A DNA stretch of 64,000 nt, taken from positions 12,338,001 through 12,402,000 of the forward strand of contig CM120642.1 of NCBI GenBank assembly GCA_051362555.1. Direction: 5' to 3'. The number at the start of each line of letters is the position of its first letter. Position 1 is the stretch's first letter. Below, one piece after another: positions 63,317 through 64,000 of this stretch. The notes beneath the pieces are model-generated. The model was not told the DNA's origin and did not search any database. It was given only the letters and a program-made list of their open reading frames with translations. The DNA is from Lingula anatina (lineage: Eukaryota > Animalia > Brachiopoda). The position numbers and the translations under genes are program-made.

Positions 63317-64000
63317 CTGGAAAATGGGAGAAAAAAATACTGAAATAGGTAGATACACAGCTTAACTGATTGAATATCATCTAGTTCTCTCAATGAAACA
63401 AATAAGGAAGGTTTTGAACAACATGTATAAAAATCAATTAAATGAATATCTTAAAAGCCTGGGACAGATATGACAATCTATGGCACTAAAAAGCTTTCCT
63501 CACAATAAAACACTTATTTTGTGAATTCAGCGACATAAAAAGTACACAGTCAGCTAGAGACAAGTTCAGGATTCAAATCTTTAGCATGGCATGTCAAAGG
63601 GAATTCATGAAAATAAAAACATGCTAACTACAAAAGAATTTCTGCCCAAATTGGTCAACAGTGGTATACTTGCTCAGCTAATTGAGGTGCAGCAGACAGG
63701 AGGAGATTGTGCTAGAGGTGCATTCTCAATTGTGGTAGGTGTGAATTAAAAACCATGGAGAGGAATCTCATGTTAAACTTATAGGCTCAAATAAGAACCC
63801 TGGATGCAGGACACTGAACTAGACTCCTCTAAAATTTTACTAGAGGTTTCATTTTTAGATTATGAATTAGTAAAACTGTTTGGAATCAACGCTCTAACAT
63901 GATAGTCTAAAACATTCAATCTTGATACATTTGTAATTCAAGATGCACAAAATTACTCATTCAAGTCATCATAGCAATCAGTTTTAATACATAATAACAA

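Overview
This is AT-rich eukaryotic DNA from an invertebrate metazoan, judged from GT-AG spliceosomal introns, microsatellites, MITE and Helentron-type repeats, and patchy CpG depletion. Most short ORFs in the supplied track are therefore spurious. Four protein-coding genes could be spliced by hand. (1) PIN1 has 3 exons (+, 5320-6495, 154 aa) and sits behind an ETS/NRF1/YY1-type promoter that is probably bidirectional. (2) A complete relaxin-family receptor (RXFP1/2- or LGR3/4-like, type C1 LGR: signal peptide, LDLa, linker, LRRNT, 10 LRRs, 7TM) has 18 coding exons (+, 26614-48011, 775 aa). It has a second candidate signal-peptide first exon at about 10032-10116. (3) An intronless FAM181 gene (-, 50090-51106) carries a YAP-like TEAD-binding omega-loop. 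(4) The last three coding exons of a large FRMPD1/FRMPD4-like scaffold (-, 57508-63316) end in a talin-rod-like helical bundle. Non-coding features include a nested transposon stack at 17.6-21.4 kb with a verifiable target-site duplication, two copies of a ~132-bp MITE, a Kolobok-like element and a DINE-1/HINE-like element. The most notable observations are the two alternative signal-peptide exons, a uORF ending 2 nt before the receptor ATG, a diverged activation linker ([10 protein letters not shown] vs GDxxGWxxxF), and LD-like motifs paired with an LD-binding-type bundle in the FRMPD-like protein. I found no clearly novel multi-gene system. Family assignments come from recalled motifs, not database searches.
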